From an uncultured Candidatus Saccharibacteria bacterium (GTDB lineage: Bacteria > Patescibacteriota > Minisyncoccia > Minisyncoccales > UBA10102): a stretch of DNA of 48,595 nt. Position numbers and translations under genes: made by a program. The stretch's first letter is position 1. Every line of letters starts with the position of its first letter. Shown here one piece after another: positions 27,767-37,257 of the stretch. Location of the stretch: NCBI GenBank assembly GCA_964359655.1, contig CAYHVI010000005.1, forward strand, positions 1 through 48,595. The letters are read 5' to 3'. A model generated the notes under the pieces. It worked only from the letters and a program-made list of their open reading frames with translations. It had not been told where the DNA came from and made no database searches.

Positions 27767-28069
27767 TTACGTTTTTTCAGCTTCTCCCTGCTTTTGTTCG
27801 ATTTCCTTTTGCATCTTTCCTCCATGCCTCGCGAACTTCGTCGTTGGTGAAAACTCTCCTAATTTGTGCCCCACCATATCTTCTGCCACCTGCACTTCCA
27901 CAAACGCCTTTCCATTGTGCACCGCAAATATAAATCCCACCATTTCAGGACTTATCGTAGCTCTGCGAGACCAAGTTTTTACCACGGTTTTGCCGTCGGG
28001 CTTTAAACCCGCAATTTTTTTCAGCAAGTTCTCATCTAAATAAGGACCTTTTTTGAGTGATCGTGCCAT
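27767..28069 (-). CDS. rpsS: 30S ribosomal protein S19
   Basis: RSLKKGP, KTWSRR, HNGK and [12 protein letters not shown]. Confidence 0.97.
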   Translation of the reverse strand: MARSLKKGPYLDENLLKKIAGLKPDGKTVVKTWSRRATISPEMVGFIFAVHNGKAFVEVQVAEDMVGHKLGEFSPTTKFARHGGKMQKEIEQKQGEAEKT

Positions 28070-28072
28070 ACA

Positions 28073-28867
28073 CTATTTCTTATGTTTTTCTTTCTTCTTT
28101 CTTCTTTGCACAATAAACGTATTCGTCCATTTCTTTGATTTTCTGGTTTTCACGCCCAGAGCGGGCTTGCCCCATGGAGTTTTCGGATATTTCAAGCCAA
28201 TGGGCGTTTTTCCTTCACCGCCTCCATGAGGATGATCCACAGCGTTCATTGCACTTCCTCTTACATGAGGCCTTATTCCTTTGAGTCTTGAGCGTCCTGC
28301 ATTTTTTACTCTTTCATACATAAATTCCGGGTTCGATACCACTCCAAGGGAAGCGAAAGACTCGCCCAACATTCTTTTTACTTCGCTCGAAGGAAATACG
28401 AGTTGAGTGTATTTGCCGTCGTGCCCCTCTATCTTGGCAGAATTGCCGGCAGATCTTACCATTGTTCCGCCGCGACCGGGCACGAGCTCAATATTGTACA
28501 CCAGCTCGCCTAATGGAATATTTTTTAGTTTCATGCGGCTTCCCCGCTTCACTTCGGTTTTTTCGTCGCACACAATCTCATCTCCCACTCCAATTCCATG
28601 AGGAGCAAGCATATAGTATTTTTGACCATCTGCATACTCTACAAGCATAATAAATGCGTTGCGATTCGGGTCATATTCAATTGCGCTTACCTTTCCTTTC
28701 TGCCCCAACTGCGTTTGGCCAAACATAATCTTCCGGTAGAGCTTTCTGGCTCCCCCGCCCCGATGCCACATCGTAATGCGTCCGCGATTGTTCCTCCCTC
28801 CAGTTCTCTTGAGGCGTAAAAGCAATTGTTTCTCCGGTCTCTTTTTTGTTATAATTCCATATTTCAT
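28073..28867 (-). CDS. rplB: 50S ribosomal protein L2 (N-terminally short)
   Basis: GGRNNRGRIT, IEYDPNR, RSAG and RGSAMNAVDHPHGGGEG. Confidence 0.97.
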   Translation of the reverse strand: MKYGIITKKRPEKQLLLRLKRTGGRNNRGRITMWHRGGGARKLYRKIMFGQTQLGQKGKVSAIEYDPNRNAFIMLVEYADGQKYYMLAPHGIGVGDEIVCDEKTEVKRGSRMKLKNIPLGELVYNIELVPGRGGTMVRSAGNSAKIEGHDGKYTQLVFPSSEVKRMLGESFASLGVVSNPEFMYERVKNAGRSRLKGIRPHVRGSAMNAVDHPHGGGEGKTPIGLKYPKTPWGKPALGVKTRKSKKWTNTFIVQRRKKKEKHKK

Positions 28868-29250
28868 GTCGGTAGTATTTCTATCTTTTGCCCTTCTCTT
28901 ACTTTCACGATTGCTTTCTTATAACCCTTTTTTACTCCTTTGGTTCTTCCTAATCTCACTTCTTTGGGATGCACATTGATAATCCGCACTCTCTCCACGG
29001 TTACGCCATACATTTTCTCCACGTCTTTTTTAACTTCTTTTTTGGTTGTGCGCGTCTGTACTTGAAACACATACTGATTCTTGGCCGAGGCAAGCTCGGT
29101 TGCCTTTTCTGTAATATGAGGCCTTGTTAAGTGCTGACCTATGCTCAAGGCAACTTTGGCCTGCTGCATTCCCTCTACAGGTGCAACTTTCGACTCCTCT
29201 TTTCTCTTGATTTCTTTTTTCTTTTTCCCAAAAATCTTCAGGGCGGTCAT
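28864..29250 (-). CDS. rplW: 50S ribosomal protein L23 with N-terminal extension
   Basis: PHITEKA, YVFQV and KKAIVKV. Start uncertain (29250 or 29262). Confidence 0.93.
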   Translation of the reverse strand: MTALKIFGKKKKEIKRKEESKVAPVEGMQQAKVALSIGQHLTRPHITEKATELASAKNQYVFQVQTRTTKKEVKKDVEKMYGVTVERVRIINVHPKEVRLGRTKGVKKGYKKAIVKVREGQKIEILPT

Positions 29251-29251
29251 A

Positions 29252-29881
29252 TTATTTTGCAAAAGTTTTTTCGATTACTTCTAAGGAATCCTTTGGCATC
29301 ACCAAATATTTTGCGTTCAAGAGATCCAATACGTTGAGTTCGCGCGCCTGCATTGTTTTTGCGAAAGACAAATTATTCCCTGCACGAATCAACTCTTGAT
29401 CCATTTCGGGCAGGATGATCAGGATATTTTTTTTGTCGCAAGGCAACTTGCCAAGCATTTGGACCAAGGCCTTGGTTTTACCTCCCTCAAGCTTTAACTC
29501 TTCGAGCAATACCACTAAGTCCTTTTTTACTTTTTCAGAAAGCACCATACACAATGCTTTTCTGCGCATTGTTTTTGAGATTTTCCTCTTAAAATTGCGC
29601 TCTTTTGTTGGGCCGTGCGACACCCCGCCTCCCTTCCAAATCGGTGATCTGATCGAACCATGACGAGCTCTGCCCGTATGTTTTTGAGCCCAGGGTTTTT
29701 TACCGCCACCAGAAACATCTCCTCTGCCTTTTGTATGAGCTGAAACCTGGCGGCGATTTGCCTGCTGCAGAAGCATTATACGATGTACCAAATCAGGATT
29801 CAGTTCAACCCCAAAAATCTTTTCTGACAACTCCATTTCTCCAGCCTTTTCTCCGGTTTTCCTGTATGTTGCAATCTTCAT
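29252..29881 (-). CDS. rplD: 50S ribosomal protein L4
   Basis: VSGGGKKPWAQKHTGRARHGSIRSP and GGGVSHGP. Confidence 0.97.
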   Translation of the reverse strand: MKIATYRKTGEKAGEMELSEKIFGVELNPDLVHRIMLLQQANRRQVSAHTKGRGDVSGGGKKPWAQKHTGRARHGSIRSPIWKGGGVSHGPTKERNFKRKISKTMRRKALCMVLSEKVKKDLVVLLEELKLEGGKTKALVQMLGKLPCDKKNILIILPEMDQELIRAGNNLSFAKTMQARELNVLDLLNAKYLVMPKDSLEVIEKTFAK

Positions 29882-30477
29882 AACCCGCGAATTTCAAGCA
29901 ATGTACCCCTTCTTCCGGGAACTGCTCCCTTGATAGCCAACATATTATTGGCCTTATCCACTTTTGCGATTTTCAAGTTCTTCACCGTAACCCTGTCTGA
30001 TCCCATACGTCCAGGCAATCTTCTCCCTTTGATCACTCTCTCTGGAACAGAAGTTCCCACAGATCCGGGCGTACGTTCCTCGTGCTTGACGCCGTGTGTT
30101 GCGTTTCTTCCCGAAAACCCATGGCGCTTTACTACTCCTTGAAATCCCTTGCCTTTGGAAATTCCTGAAACCTGAACCTTGTCACCTTCCTCAAAAATCG
30201 ACACGTCAACAATATCCCCTTGGCGAGCCGTAGATTTATCGGAGGCGGCGCGAAACTCTCTTATAGAAACAAACGGTTTTCCTCTCTTGGATTTCGTGAT
30301 CTTCTTGCGTTTGACAATTTCCTCAAAGCCCATCTGTATTGCGTCATATCCATCCTTTCCTTTCGTTTTCACTTGCGTGACTTTACAAGGGCCGGCTTCA
30401 ATCAAGGTAACGGGAATTACCTTCTCTTGCTGGAAAATCTGCGTCATTCCAATTTTTTTTCCGAGTATCGCTTTCAT
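29878..30477 (-). CDS. rplC: 50S ribosomal protein L3
   Basis: GKKIGMTQ, PVTLI, SKGKGFQGVVKRHGF, PGRMG and KGAVPG. Confidence 0.97.
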   Translation of the reverse strand: MKAILGKKIGMTQIFQQEKVIPVTLIEAGPCKVTQVKTKGKDGYDAIQMGFEEIVKRKKITKSKRGKPFVSIREFRAASDKSTARQGDIVDVSIFEEGDKVQVSGISKGKGFQGVVKRHGFSGRNATHGVKHEERTPGSVGTSVPERVIKGRRLPGRMGSDRVTVKNLKIAKVDKANNMLAIKGAVPGRRGTLLEIRGL

Positions 30478-30580
30478 AAAAAAACGCGGGGTCTAACCCC
30501 CGGCGCGAGCCTTGTTTTCAGGGTCAGTCCCTTAAATTGTCAGGCGTAAAAATTATATCATACTTACATCTTGATTTCAA
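30478..30580 (-). promoter_or_regulatory. Internal promoter and structured, terminator-like leader upstream of rplC
   Basis: TTGAAA(30575-30580)-17-TATAAT(30552-30557) with TG. The leader has GCCT/AGGC and AGGG/CCCT stems, then a GGGGT-tag-ACCCC stem with a U-run abutting the ATG. Confidence 0.6.
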
Positions 30581-30899
30581 TATCTACTCCTGCTGGCAGG
30601 TTCAAACTCGTTAAGGCGTCAATCACTTTCGGATTCGGATTCAAAATATCTATAAGGCGCTTATGCGTTCGCATTTCAAACTGTTCTCTCGCGTCTTTAT
30701 GCACAAAGGCCGAGCGGTTCACCGTGTACTTCTTAATAGCGGTGGGCAGAGGCACTGGTCCCACCAACTCACAGCCTTGTCTAAGCACCGTATCAATAAT
30801 CTGTTTGCAGGAAGCGTCAATCACCTTATGATCATAGGCTGAAATTTTAATCCGCACTTTCTGTTCTGTTCCTTTTTCTTCGCTCTCTGCTTTTGCCAT
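30564..30899 (-). CDS. rpsJ: 30S ribosomal protein S10
   Basis: [31 protein letters not shown] and [10 protein letters not shown]. Confidence 0.97.
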   Translation of the reverse strand: MAKAESEEKGTEQKVRIKISAYDHKVIDASCKQIIDTVLRQGCELVGPVPLPTAIKKYTVNRSAFVHKDAREQFEMRTHKRLIDILNPNPKVIDALTSLNLPAGVDIEIKM

Positions 30900-30900
30900 C

Positions 30901-32094
30901 CTACTGTATAATCTTAGTTACCACTCCTGCTCCAACCGTTTTTCCTCCTTCCCTGATTGCAAATCTCTGCTGTTCTTCTATGGCAATAGGCACCAACAAT
31001 TTCACTCGAAAGGTAATGGTGTCTCCGGGCATGACCATTTCGGTTCCTTCGGGCAACGCAACTTCTCCTGTTACGTCGGTTGTACGGAAGTAAAACTGGG
31101 GTTTGTACCCTTTAAAAAATGGCGTGTGCCGGCCTCCTTCCTCTTTGGTTAAAATATATACTTCAGCTTCAAATTCAGTGTGAGGCGTAAGCGACCCTGG
31201 CTTTGCCAAGACTTGTCCTCTTTCAATGTCTTCTTTCTTCAAACCTCGAAGCAAAATTCCCACGTTGTCGCCTGCTCTTCCTTCATCGAGCATCTTATTA
31301 AACATTTCCGCGCTGACGGCAACCGTTTTTGTGGTGGGTTTAATTCCCACAACTTCAATTTCGTCGTTTGGATGAACGATTCCTCTTTCGATTCTGCCTG
31401 TTGCCACTGTTCCGCGCCCCTCAATAGAGAATACGTCTTCAATTGCCATTAAGAAGGGTTTATCAATTTCGCGAACCGGTTCCTGCACGTTTTCGTCCAC
31501 AGCCGCCATTAAGTCCAAAATCGGCTTTGCCGCCTCATCGTCTGCTGATTTTACCTCCAGCGCTTTTAAGGCAGACCCGCGGATGATGGGTACCTTGTCG
31601 CCCGGGAAATTATATTTATTCAAAAGTTCTCTTATTTCAGACTCCACAAGATCTATAATTTCAGGATCATCTACCATATCAACTTTGTTCAAAAACACCA
31701 CCACATAAGGCAATCCTACCTGGCGCGCAAGCAGAATATGTTCTCTGGTTTGGGGCATGGGTCCATCGGGCGCAGACACCACCAAAATCGCCCCGTCCAT
31801 CTGGGCTGCTCCCGTAATCATATTTTTAATATAGTCTGCGTGGCCCGGAGCATCGATGTGCGCATAATGGCGCTTTTCTGTTTCGTACTCCAAGTGCGTG
31901 AGCGAAATGGTAATCCCCCTCTGCTTCTCTTCTGGAGCCGAGTCAATCTGGTCCACGCTCTTCTCTGATGCGACAAACCCCTTGAGCTTCAATACATGCA
32001 AGATAGCTGCAGACAAAGTGGTTTTCCCATGGTCAACGTGGCCAATGGTGCCAATGTTGACGTGGGGTTTGGTTCGTTCGAATTTTCCTGTCAT
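30901..32094 (-). CDS. tuf: Elongation factor Tu
   Basis: [25 protein letters not shown] and GSAL. Confidence 0.99.
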   Translation of the reverse strand: MTGKFERTKPHVNIGTIGHVDHGKTTLSAAILHVLKLKGFVASEKSVDQIDSAPEEKQRGITISLTHLEYETEKRHYAHIDAPGHADYIKNMITGAAQMDGAILVVSAPDGPMPQTREHILLARQVGLPYVVVFLNKVDMVDDPEIIDLVESEIRELLNKYNFPGDKVPIIRGSALKALEVKSADDEAAKPILDLMAAVDENVQEPVREIDKPFLMAIEDVFSIEGRGTVATGRIERGIVHPNDEIEVVGIKPTTKTVAVSAEMFNKMLDEGRAGDNVGILLRGLKKEDIERGQVLAKPGSLTPHTEFEAEVYILTKEEGGRHTPFFKGYKPQFYFRTTDVTGEVALPEGTEMVMPGDTITFRVKLLVPIAIEEQQRFAIREGGKTVGAGVVTKIIQ

Positions 32095-32159
32095 AGAAAT
32101 TTTGGTTTTAAGTTAGCACTTATTATGTTATGAAAATTTGGGCAATTATTTAGTATAAC

Positions 32160-32384
32160 TCAAAGCGGCAAATCGTCAATAGTAAGCCCCTCTGCTCTTT
32201 CTTCACTGGGCAGAGGCATGGGTTTTGACGCCTCGTGATTGCTCTGGTGTACGGTTTGCCCTTGCCGCATCTTTCCTCTCCATTCATCAAATGACATAAT
32301 CACCATCTGGGGCTTGTCATTCTCCACGATAACGATTTTCCCTCCCTCTTTCTTAATAATTTCTTTTATTTCTTCGAGATTCAT
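32160..32384 (-). CDS. Small protein with Phd/YefM antitoxin-like N-terminus
   Basis: [20 protein letters not shown] resembles the Phd/YefM pattern (vvItrngkP.aVlms.eey). ATGA overlap with the fusA stop. Confidence 0.6.
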   Translation of the reverse strand: MNLEEIKEIIKKEGGKIVIVENDKPQMVIMSFDEWRGKMRQGQTVHQSNHEASKPMPLPSEERAEGLTIDDLPL

Positions 32385-34486
32385 CTTCGTTTGCCTTCGA
32401 TAACTTCCTGCGTAACATTTGCAGGAACTTGGTCATATCGCTCAAACTCCATAGTAAAGGTTCCTCTTCCTTCCGTCAAGGAGCGAAGGCTAGTGGCATA
32501 ACCAAACATCTCTGCCAAGGGCACTTTTGCCCGAATAACTTTTATGTTAATTCTGTCCTCTGTTTCTTCGATGCGACCACGCCTTGAAGAAAGATCCCCA
32601 ATAACATCTCCAAGAAAATCAGAAGGAATGATTACCTCCAAATGCATAATGGGTTCAAGCAACACCAAATTTGCTTTCTTGGCAGCGTCCTGGAAAGCCA
32701 TGGATCCTGCAATCTTGAAAGCAAATTCCGAAGAGTCAACCTCATGGAAAGATCCGTCGTATAAGGTAGCCTTAACATCAACCACCGGATAGCCAGCGAG
32801 CACGCCCTTGTCCATTGCCTCCCGAATTCCTTTTTGCACTGCCGGAATATATTCCCGGGGGATTGCTGCTCCCCTAATCGCGTCCACAAACTCAAAACCC
32901 TCCCCTCTTGCTTTTGGCTCCAAGCGCACCAACACATGTCCATACTGGCCGCGGCCTCCTGACTGACGCACATACTTACTTTCAGCTTCCGCTTTATTTA
33001 AGATCGTCTCTTTGTACGCTACCTGTGGCCTTCCCACATTCGCTCCAACGCCAAATTCCCGTTTCATGCGGTCAACAATAATCTCCAGGTGCAGCTCTCC
33101 CATGCCGGAAATAATAGTCTCTCCTGTCTCCAAATCTGATTTCACATGGAAGGTGGGATCCTCTTCTACCAGTCTGCGCAAAGCCAGCCCCATTTTTTCC
33201 TGATCTGCTTTGGTTTTAGGTTCAATGCGAATAGAGATTACAGGCTCCGGGAACGAAATCTGTTCTAAAACAATCGGTGAGGATGCTGCGCAAAGCGTAT
33301 GGCCGGTGCTGGTATTTTTCAAACCTACGGTAGCTGCGATATCTCCTGCATACAACTCATCAATCTCTTCTCTCTCATTCGCGTGCATTCTCAAAATCCT
33401 GCTGATTCGCTCTGTTTCTTCTGTGATGGTATTCAATACATAAGAACCCTTAGGGAGCAAACCAGAATATACTCTAAAGTAGGTTAAAGTTCCCACATAA
33501 GGATCTGATGCAATCTTAAAGGCCAAAGCAGAAAAGGGCTCTTGGTCAGAAGCTTTTCTCTGAAGTCCTTGCCCGGTTTTTGGATCAATCCCTTTTACCG
33601 GAGGAAGATCAACTGGACTTGGAAGATACGAAACTACCGCATCTAAAATAAATTGAACGCCCTTATTTTTCAAGGAAGATCCGCAAAATACGGGCACAAG
33701 TTTGTTTGCCAATACTGCCTTTCTCAAACCAGCTCTCAATTCATCTTGATCCAATTCTTGTTCTTCCACATACTTATTCATGAGTTTCTCGTCTTCTGCG
33801 GCAACTCGCTCCACAAGTTTGACTCTTGCCTCCTTGGCTTTCTCAAGCATATTAACTGGAATTTCATGCTCTTTGATTTCTTGCCCAAAATCGCCCTCAA
33901 AAGTAAAAGCTTTCATTAAAAGAAGATCAATAATTCCAGAAAACTTTTCTTCTTCTCCGATAGGAAGCTGCGTTGCAACAGCATTTGGTGTAAGTTTTGT
34001 CCAGATAGATTGAAGCACTTTTTCAAATGATGCACCCATACGATCAATCTTATTCACAAAACAAATTCGCGGAACGCCGAATTTATCGGCTTGGCGCCAA
34101 ACGGTTTCCGATTGTGGTTCTACTCCGGCCACACCATCAAAAACTACAACCGCTCCATCGAGTACGCGCAGAGAGCGCTGAACTTCTGCGGTAAAATCGA
34201 TATGGCCTGGAGTATCAATGAGATTTAAACGATATTCGTTTTCTTTGGCTTTGGGAAGATAGGTTGGTGTCCAAAAACAAGTGGTAGCAGCCGAAGTAAT
34301 GGTAATCCCACGCTCTCTCTCTTGCACCATCCAATCCATAATGGTAGTTCCCTCGTCGATATCTCCTAACTTATGTGATACGCCCGTGTAAAACAAAATT
34401 CGCTCCGATGTAGTGGTCTTTCCGGCGTCAATGTGAGCGATAATTCCAAAATTCCGGTATTTCTCTATAGGGTATTGCCTTGGCAT
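32381..34486 (-). CDS. fusA: Elongation factor G
   Basis: [28 protein letters not shown] and QSGGRGQYG. Start set at MPRQYP (34486). Confidence 0.99.
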   Translation of the reverse strand: MPRQYPIEKYRNFGIIAHIDAGKTTTSERILFYTGVSHKLGDIDEGTTIMDWMVQERERGITITSAATTCFWTPTYLPKAKENEYRLNLIDTPGHIDFTAEVQRSLRVLDGAVVVFDGVAGVEPQSETVWRQADKFGVPRICFVNKIDRMGASFEKVLQSIWTKLTPNAVATQLPIGEEEKFSGIIDLLLMKAFTFEGDFGQEIKEHEIPVNMLEKAKEARVKLVERVAAEDEKLMNKYVEEQELDQDELRAGLRKAVLANKLVPVFCGSSLKNKGVQFILDAVVSYLPSPVDLPPVKGIDPKTGQGLQRKASDQEPFSALAFKIASDPYVGTLTYFRVYSGLLPKGSYVLNTITEETERISRILRMHANEREEIDELYAGDIAATVGLKNTSTGHTLCAASSPIVLEQISFPEPVISIRIEPKTKADQEKMGLALRRLVEEDPTFHVKSDLETGETIISGMGELHLEIIVDRMKREFGVGANVGRPQVAYKETILNKAEAESKYVRQSGGRGQYGHVLVRLEPKARGEGFEFVDAIRGAAIPREYIPAVQKGIREAMDKGVLAGYPVVDVKATLYDGSFHEVDSSEFAFKIAGSMAFQDAAKKANLVLLEPIMHLEVIIPSDFLGDVIGDLSSRRGRIEETEDRINIKVIRAKVPLAEMFGYATSLRSLTEGRGTFTMEFERYDQVPANVTQEVIEGKRR

Positions 34487-34537
34487 AGGTGTTTGAAGCG
34501 AAGCTTCAAACACGACGAAGCTTCGCTTCAAACACCT
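34487..34537. repeat. Perfect 21-bp inverted repeat filling the rpsG-fusA spacer
   Basis: AGGTGTTTGAAGCGAAGCTTC (34487-34507) / GAAGCTTCGCTTCAAACACCT (34517-34537). Confidence 0.9.
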
Positions 34538-34538
34538 G

Positions 34539-34958
34539 CTACCAAGCAAAGTGAGCGAAAGCTCTATTGGCCTCTGCCATTCTGTGCATATCTTCTTTCT
34601 TTTTCACCGCAGCACCTTCATTTTTATAAGCTGCAAGCAGTTCTTCTGCGAGCTTTATTCGCATTGGCTTTCCCTTCTTTGATTTTGCCGCTCTGATGAT
34701 CCATTTCATTGCCAAACTTACTCTTTTATCGGGTTTTACTTCTATGGGCACCTGATAGGTAGCTCCTCCAACCCGACGAGAACGCACCTGCAGCAAAGGC
34801 GAGCTATTTTCGATTGCCTTTTGAAAAACTTCAAGGGGATCTTTTTTAGACTGGGTTTTTACCAAATCAAAAGCGCCGTACACGATTTTCCTCGCCACGG
34901 TTTTCTTTCCCCGCTCCATCACCTGATTGATAAACTTTTCCACTATCGCGTCTTCCAT
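34539..34958 (-). CDS. rpsG: 30S ribosomal protein S7 (N-terminally truncated)
   Basis: [23 protein letters not shown] and [13 protein letters not shown]. Confidence 0.97.
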   Translation of the reverse strand: MEDAIVEKFINQVMERGKKTVARKIVYGAFDLVKTQSKKDPLEVFQKAIENSSPLLQVRSRRVGGATYQVPIEVKPDKRVSLAMKWIIRAAKSKKGKPMRIKLAEELLAAYKNEGAAVKKKEDMHRMAEANRAFAHFAW

Positions 34959-34961
34959 AGG

Positions 34962-35378
34962 CTAGCTTTTTTTCTCGCGTTTTGCTCCATACTTGGAGCG
35001 TTCTTGTTTCCGGTTTTCCACTCCTCCGGCATCCAACACCCCCCGGACAATGTGATACCTGACGCCGGGCAAATCCTTTACCCGCCCACCTCGAATAACA
35101 ACAATAGAGTGCTCTTGTAATTTATGTCCCACCCCAGGAATATATGCGGTTACTTCCATGCCGTTGCTTAAACGCACCCTTGCCACCTTGCGAAGCGCGG
35201 AGTTTGGCTTCTTTGGAGTAACCGTAAACACACGAAGACATACGCCGCGCTTGAACGGAGAGGGATAATAGACTACGCGGTTCTTCTGGGAACGAAAACC
35301 AAAACTCAAGGCAGCGGTTCTGTCTTTCTTTGCGGCTTTCTTTCTTGGATTTTTTATCAGCTGCCGAATTGTTGGCAT
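34962..35378 (-). CDS. rpsL: 30S ribosomal protein S12
   Basis: [17 protein letters not shown] and [13 protein letters not shown]. Confidence 0.98.
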   Translation of the reverse strand: MPTIRQLIKNPRKKAAKKDRTAALSFGFRSQKNRVVYYPSPFKRGVCLRVFTVTPKKPNSALRKVARVRLSNGMEVTAYIPGVGHKLQEHSIVVIRGGRVKDLPGVRYHIVRGVLDAGGVENRKQERSKYGAKREKKS

Positions 35379-35429
35379 AACTCAAACTACGTTACCAAAT
35401 ACCATTTTTTCTGTCAATAAATTCGTACA

Positions 35430-36050
35430 TTAGAACCCAACGATAAGACGGAAAAGCCAATCTAAGGGCATGGCAACAAAGCGAAACAGGAAGAATATAA
35501 AGAAAAGCAGTACAAAGAAACCGTATTGGGTAAGGAATTGACGTACAACATCCAACGATCTTGGCAAGAAATCAAACAAGATGTGGGAGCCGTCGAGCGG
35601 CGGAATCGGCACTAAGTTAAATATCGCAAGAAAAAGGTTTACCTGCACGATTCCGACAAAAAGAGGGATGAGTCCAGGCAAAATTTCAGCGATTGGTGAG
35701 CTTAAAAAACGCAGCAAAAGCCCAAAAAAAACAGCGATCGCCAAATTTGTCGCAGGTCCTGCAAAGCTCACCTTGGCAGATCCATACTTTTTATCGCGAA
35801 GGTTATAGGGATTCACCGGCACCGGCTTTGCCCAGCCAAAGAGAATCGGGCTTTGAAAAAGAACTAAAACAAGGGGTACCGCAATTGATCCCACGGGATC
35901 GATATGGGGAATAGGATTTAACGTAAGTCGCCCTGCTTGTCTTGCTGTGGGATCTCCCTGCGCCAAGGCAATGTATCCGTGAGCTACTTCGTGAAGAATC
36001 ACGGACAGCAATAGGATCGCAAGGAAAAAAACAATTCCAACAATATCCAT
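35430..36050 (-). CDS. Site-2 protease (M50 family) membrane metalloprotease
   Basis: HEVAH, GDPTA..GRLTLNP, FGWAKPVPVN, AGP..N and FNLVPIPPLDG. Confidence 0.92.
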   Translation of the reverse strand: MDIVGIVFFLAILLLSVILHEVAHGYIALAQGDPTARQAGRLTLNPIPHIDPVGSIAVPLVLVLFQSPILFGWAKPVPVNPYNLRDKKYGSAKVSFAGPATNLAIAVFFGLLLRFLSSPIAEILPGLIPLFVGIVQVNLFLAIFNLVPIPPLDGSHILFDFLPRSLDVVRQFLTQYGFFVLLFFIFFLFRFVAMPLDWLFRLIVGF

Positions 36051-36106
36051 AAGCTCAAGGATACCACAACCCTTGCAAAAGAGAAAGGGAATGGTATATT
36101 TGGTTT

Positions 36107-36340
36107 ATGGCACAAGTGTGCGCGATTTGCGGAAAAACAAAGAATATTGCCTGGCGGTTAGTGAAACTTCGCGGCAAGTATAACCCAACTATTAAACATT
36201 CCCAAAAACCAAACCTTCAATGGATGAGGCTGCCTGCCTCGCGGCCCGCTTCGCAGCGAGGCGAGCAAGGCGGGTTTTCTGGTAAGCGCGTAAAAGCCTG
36301 CACCAAGTGCATAAAAGCCGCCGCAAAAGCTCGTGTTTAA
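36107..36340 (+). CDS. rpmB: 50S ribosomal protein L28 (Zn-type) with in-frame palindromic insertion
   Basis: CAICGK, KPNLQ and ACTKCIK; insert ASRPASQRGEQGG. A TATATT -10 lies 6 nt upstream. Confidence 0.88.
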   Translation: MAQVCAICGKTKNIAWRLVKLRGKYNPTIKHSQKPNLQWMRLPASRPASQRGEQGGFSGKRVKACTKCIKAAAKARV

Positions 36341-36358
36341 CGCCGGGCTTTAAACATT

Positions 36359-36429
36359 CGGGGTGTAGTATAGTGGTAGTACGTACCCTTGGGGTGGGTA
36401 TGACCCGGATTCGATTTCCGGCACCCCGA
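36359..36429 (+). tRNA. tRNA-Pro (GGG), CCA not encoded
   Basis: Acceptor stem CGGGGTG/CACCCCG, anticodon arm TACCC-TTGGGGT-GGGTA, T arm CCGGA-TTCGATT-TCCGG. Confidence 0.95.
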
Positions 36430-36435
36430 CATCGT

Positions 36436-36476
36436 AACCGAAAACCTCTTCGCTGTTAGCGAAGAGGTTTTCGGTT
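36436..36476. terminator. Bidirectional terminator hairpin
   Basis: Perfect 19-bp inverted repeat AACCGAAAACCTCTTCGCT/AGCGAAGAGGTTTTCGGTT between convergent transcripts. Confidence 0.85.
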
Positions 36477-36489
36477 TGTGTAAACGGAA

Positions 36490-37227
36490 TTACTTCCAGG
36501 CAACTCGTTTTGTCAACTCCTCACGCGATTCGTCAATTTTATTCTGCGTTGCTTGAGACGAAGATTGAAAAACTTGAGGTTGCTGCACTGGTCTTGGCTG
36601 CAGAGCATTTTCTTTCTTTCCCATACGTCCGCGCAAACGCCTAATCGTAAAGAATAAAATGAGAATACCCAGAATGGCAAGCACTGCCAACTCTGGCGTT
36701 CCCAAATTCCTGAACGGATTAAGCGCGGCAAAAAAACCTCTATCTGCTTTCCCCTCCTCATCCCCCTGTTCTTTATCTGTTGACTCTTCTTCTTCAACAT
36801 TAATCTGTGCAAAGATATCTTCTTGATTTTCTTCTCCTTTCGGTTCATCCAACGCAATACCCGTATCTTCTTGCACTACTTCATCTTTGTCCATTAAAGA
36901 CTCGCTAGAGGGTATGGATTGCGAGAGAACGGGTGGCGCAGCTTGTGCCGCCGCTATCTGTTGCTGCAACGCCGCTGCTTGTTCCTCCAACGCCAGCTTA
37001 GCTACGGCCAAAGATAGTCGAAGCAATTCAAGCTCAATTTCCTCGAGTTCTTGGATGATTTGAGCAAGAATCACCTGCCTTTCCTCTTTGGTTAATTCAT
37101 CTTGTGTCCTAGTAGGTTGGACGGGTTCCACTTCTTGGGCATATACCAAACCACCCAACATTCCAGTAACTATTGCAAAGACAAGCAGAGTCCACGCAAT
37201 ATTTTGTCTAAAATAATTTCTTTTCAT
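36490..37227 (-). CDS. Exported coiled-coil/acidic protein with C-terminal TM anchor (last gene of the fibre locus)
   Basis: Signal peptide (..VYA|QE), heptad Leu/Glu helix, acidic linker, then TM LAVLAILGILILFFTI followed by RRLRGR. Confidence 0.7.
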   Translation of the reverse strand: MKRNYFRQNIAWTLLVFAIVTGMLGGLVYAQEVEPVQPTRTQDELTKEERQVILAQIIQELEEIELELLRLSLAVAKLALEEQAAALQQQIAAAQAAPPVLSQSIPSSESLMDKDEVVQEDTGIALDEPKGEENQEDIFAQINVEEEESTDKEQGDEEGKADRGFFAALNPFRNLGTPELAVLAILGILILFFTIRRLRGRMGKKENALQPRPVQQPQVFQSSSQATQNKIDESREELTKRVAWK

Positions 37228-37257
37228 GGTTCGATTTTACTCATTCGTTCACGACCT

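Noticed and set aside
34487-34549. 21-aa N-terminal extension of EF-G in the ORF track
   Set aside because: It is the translated intergenic inverted repeat from a non-ATG start inside rpsG; the canonical start is MPRQYP at 34486.
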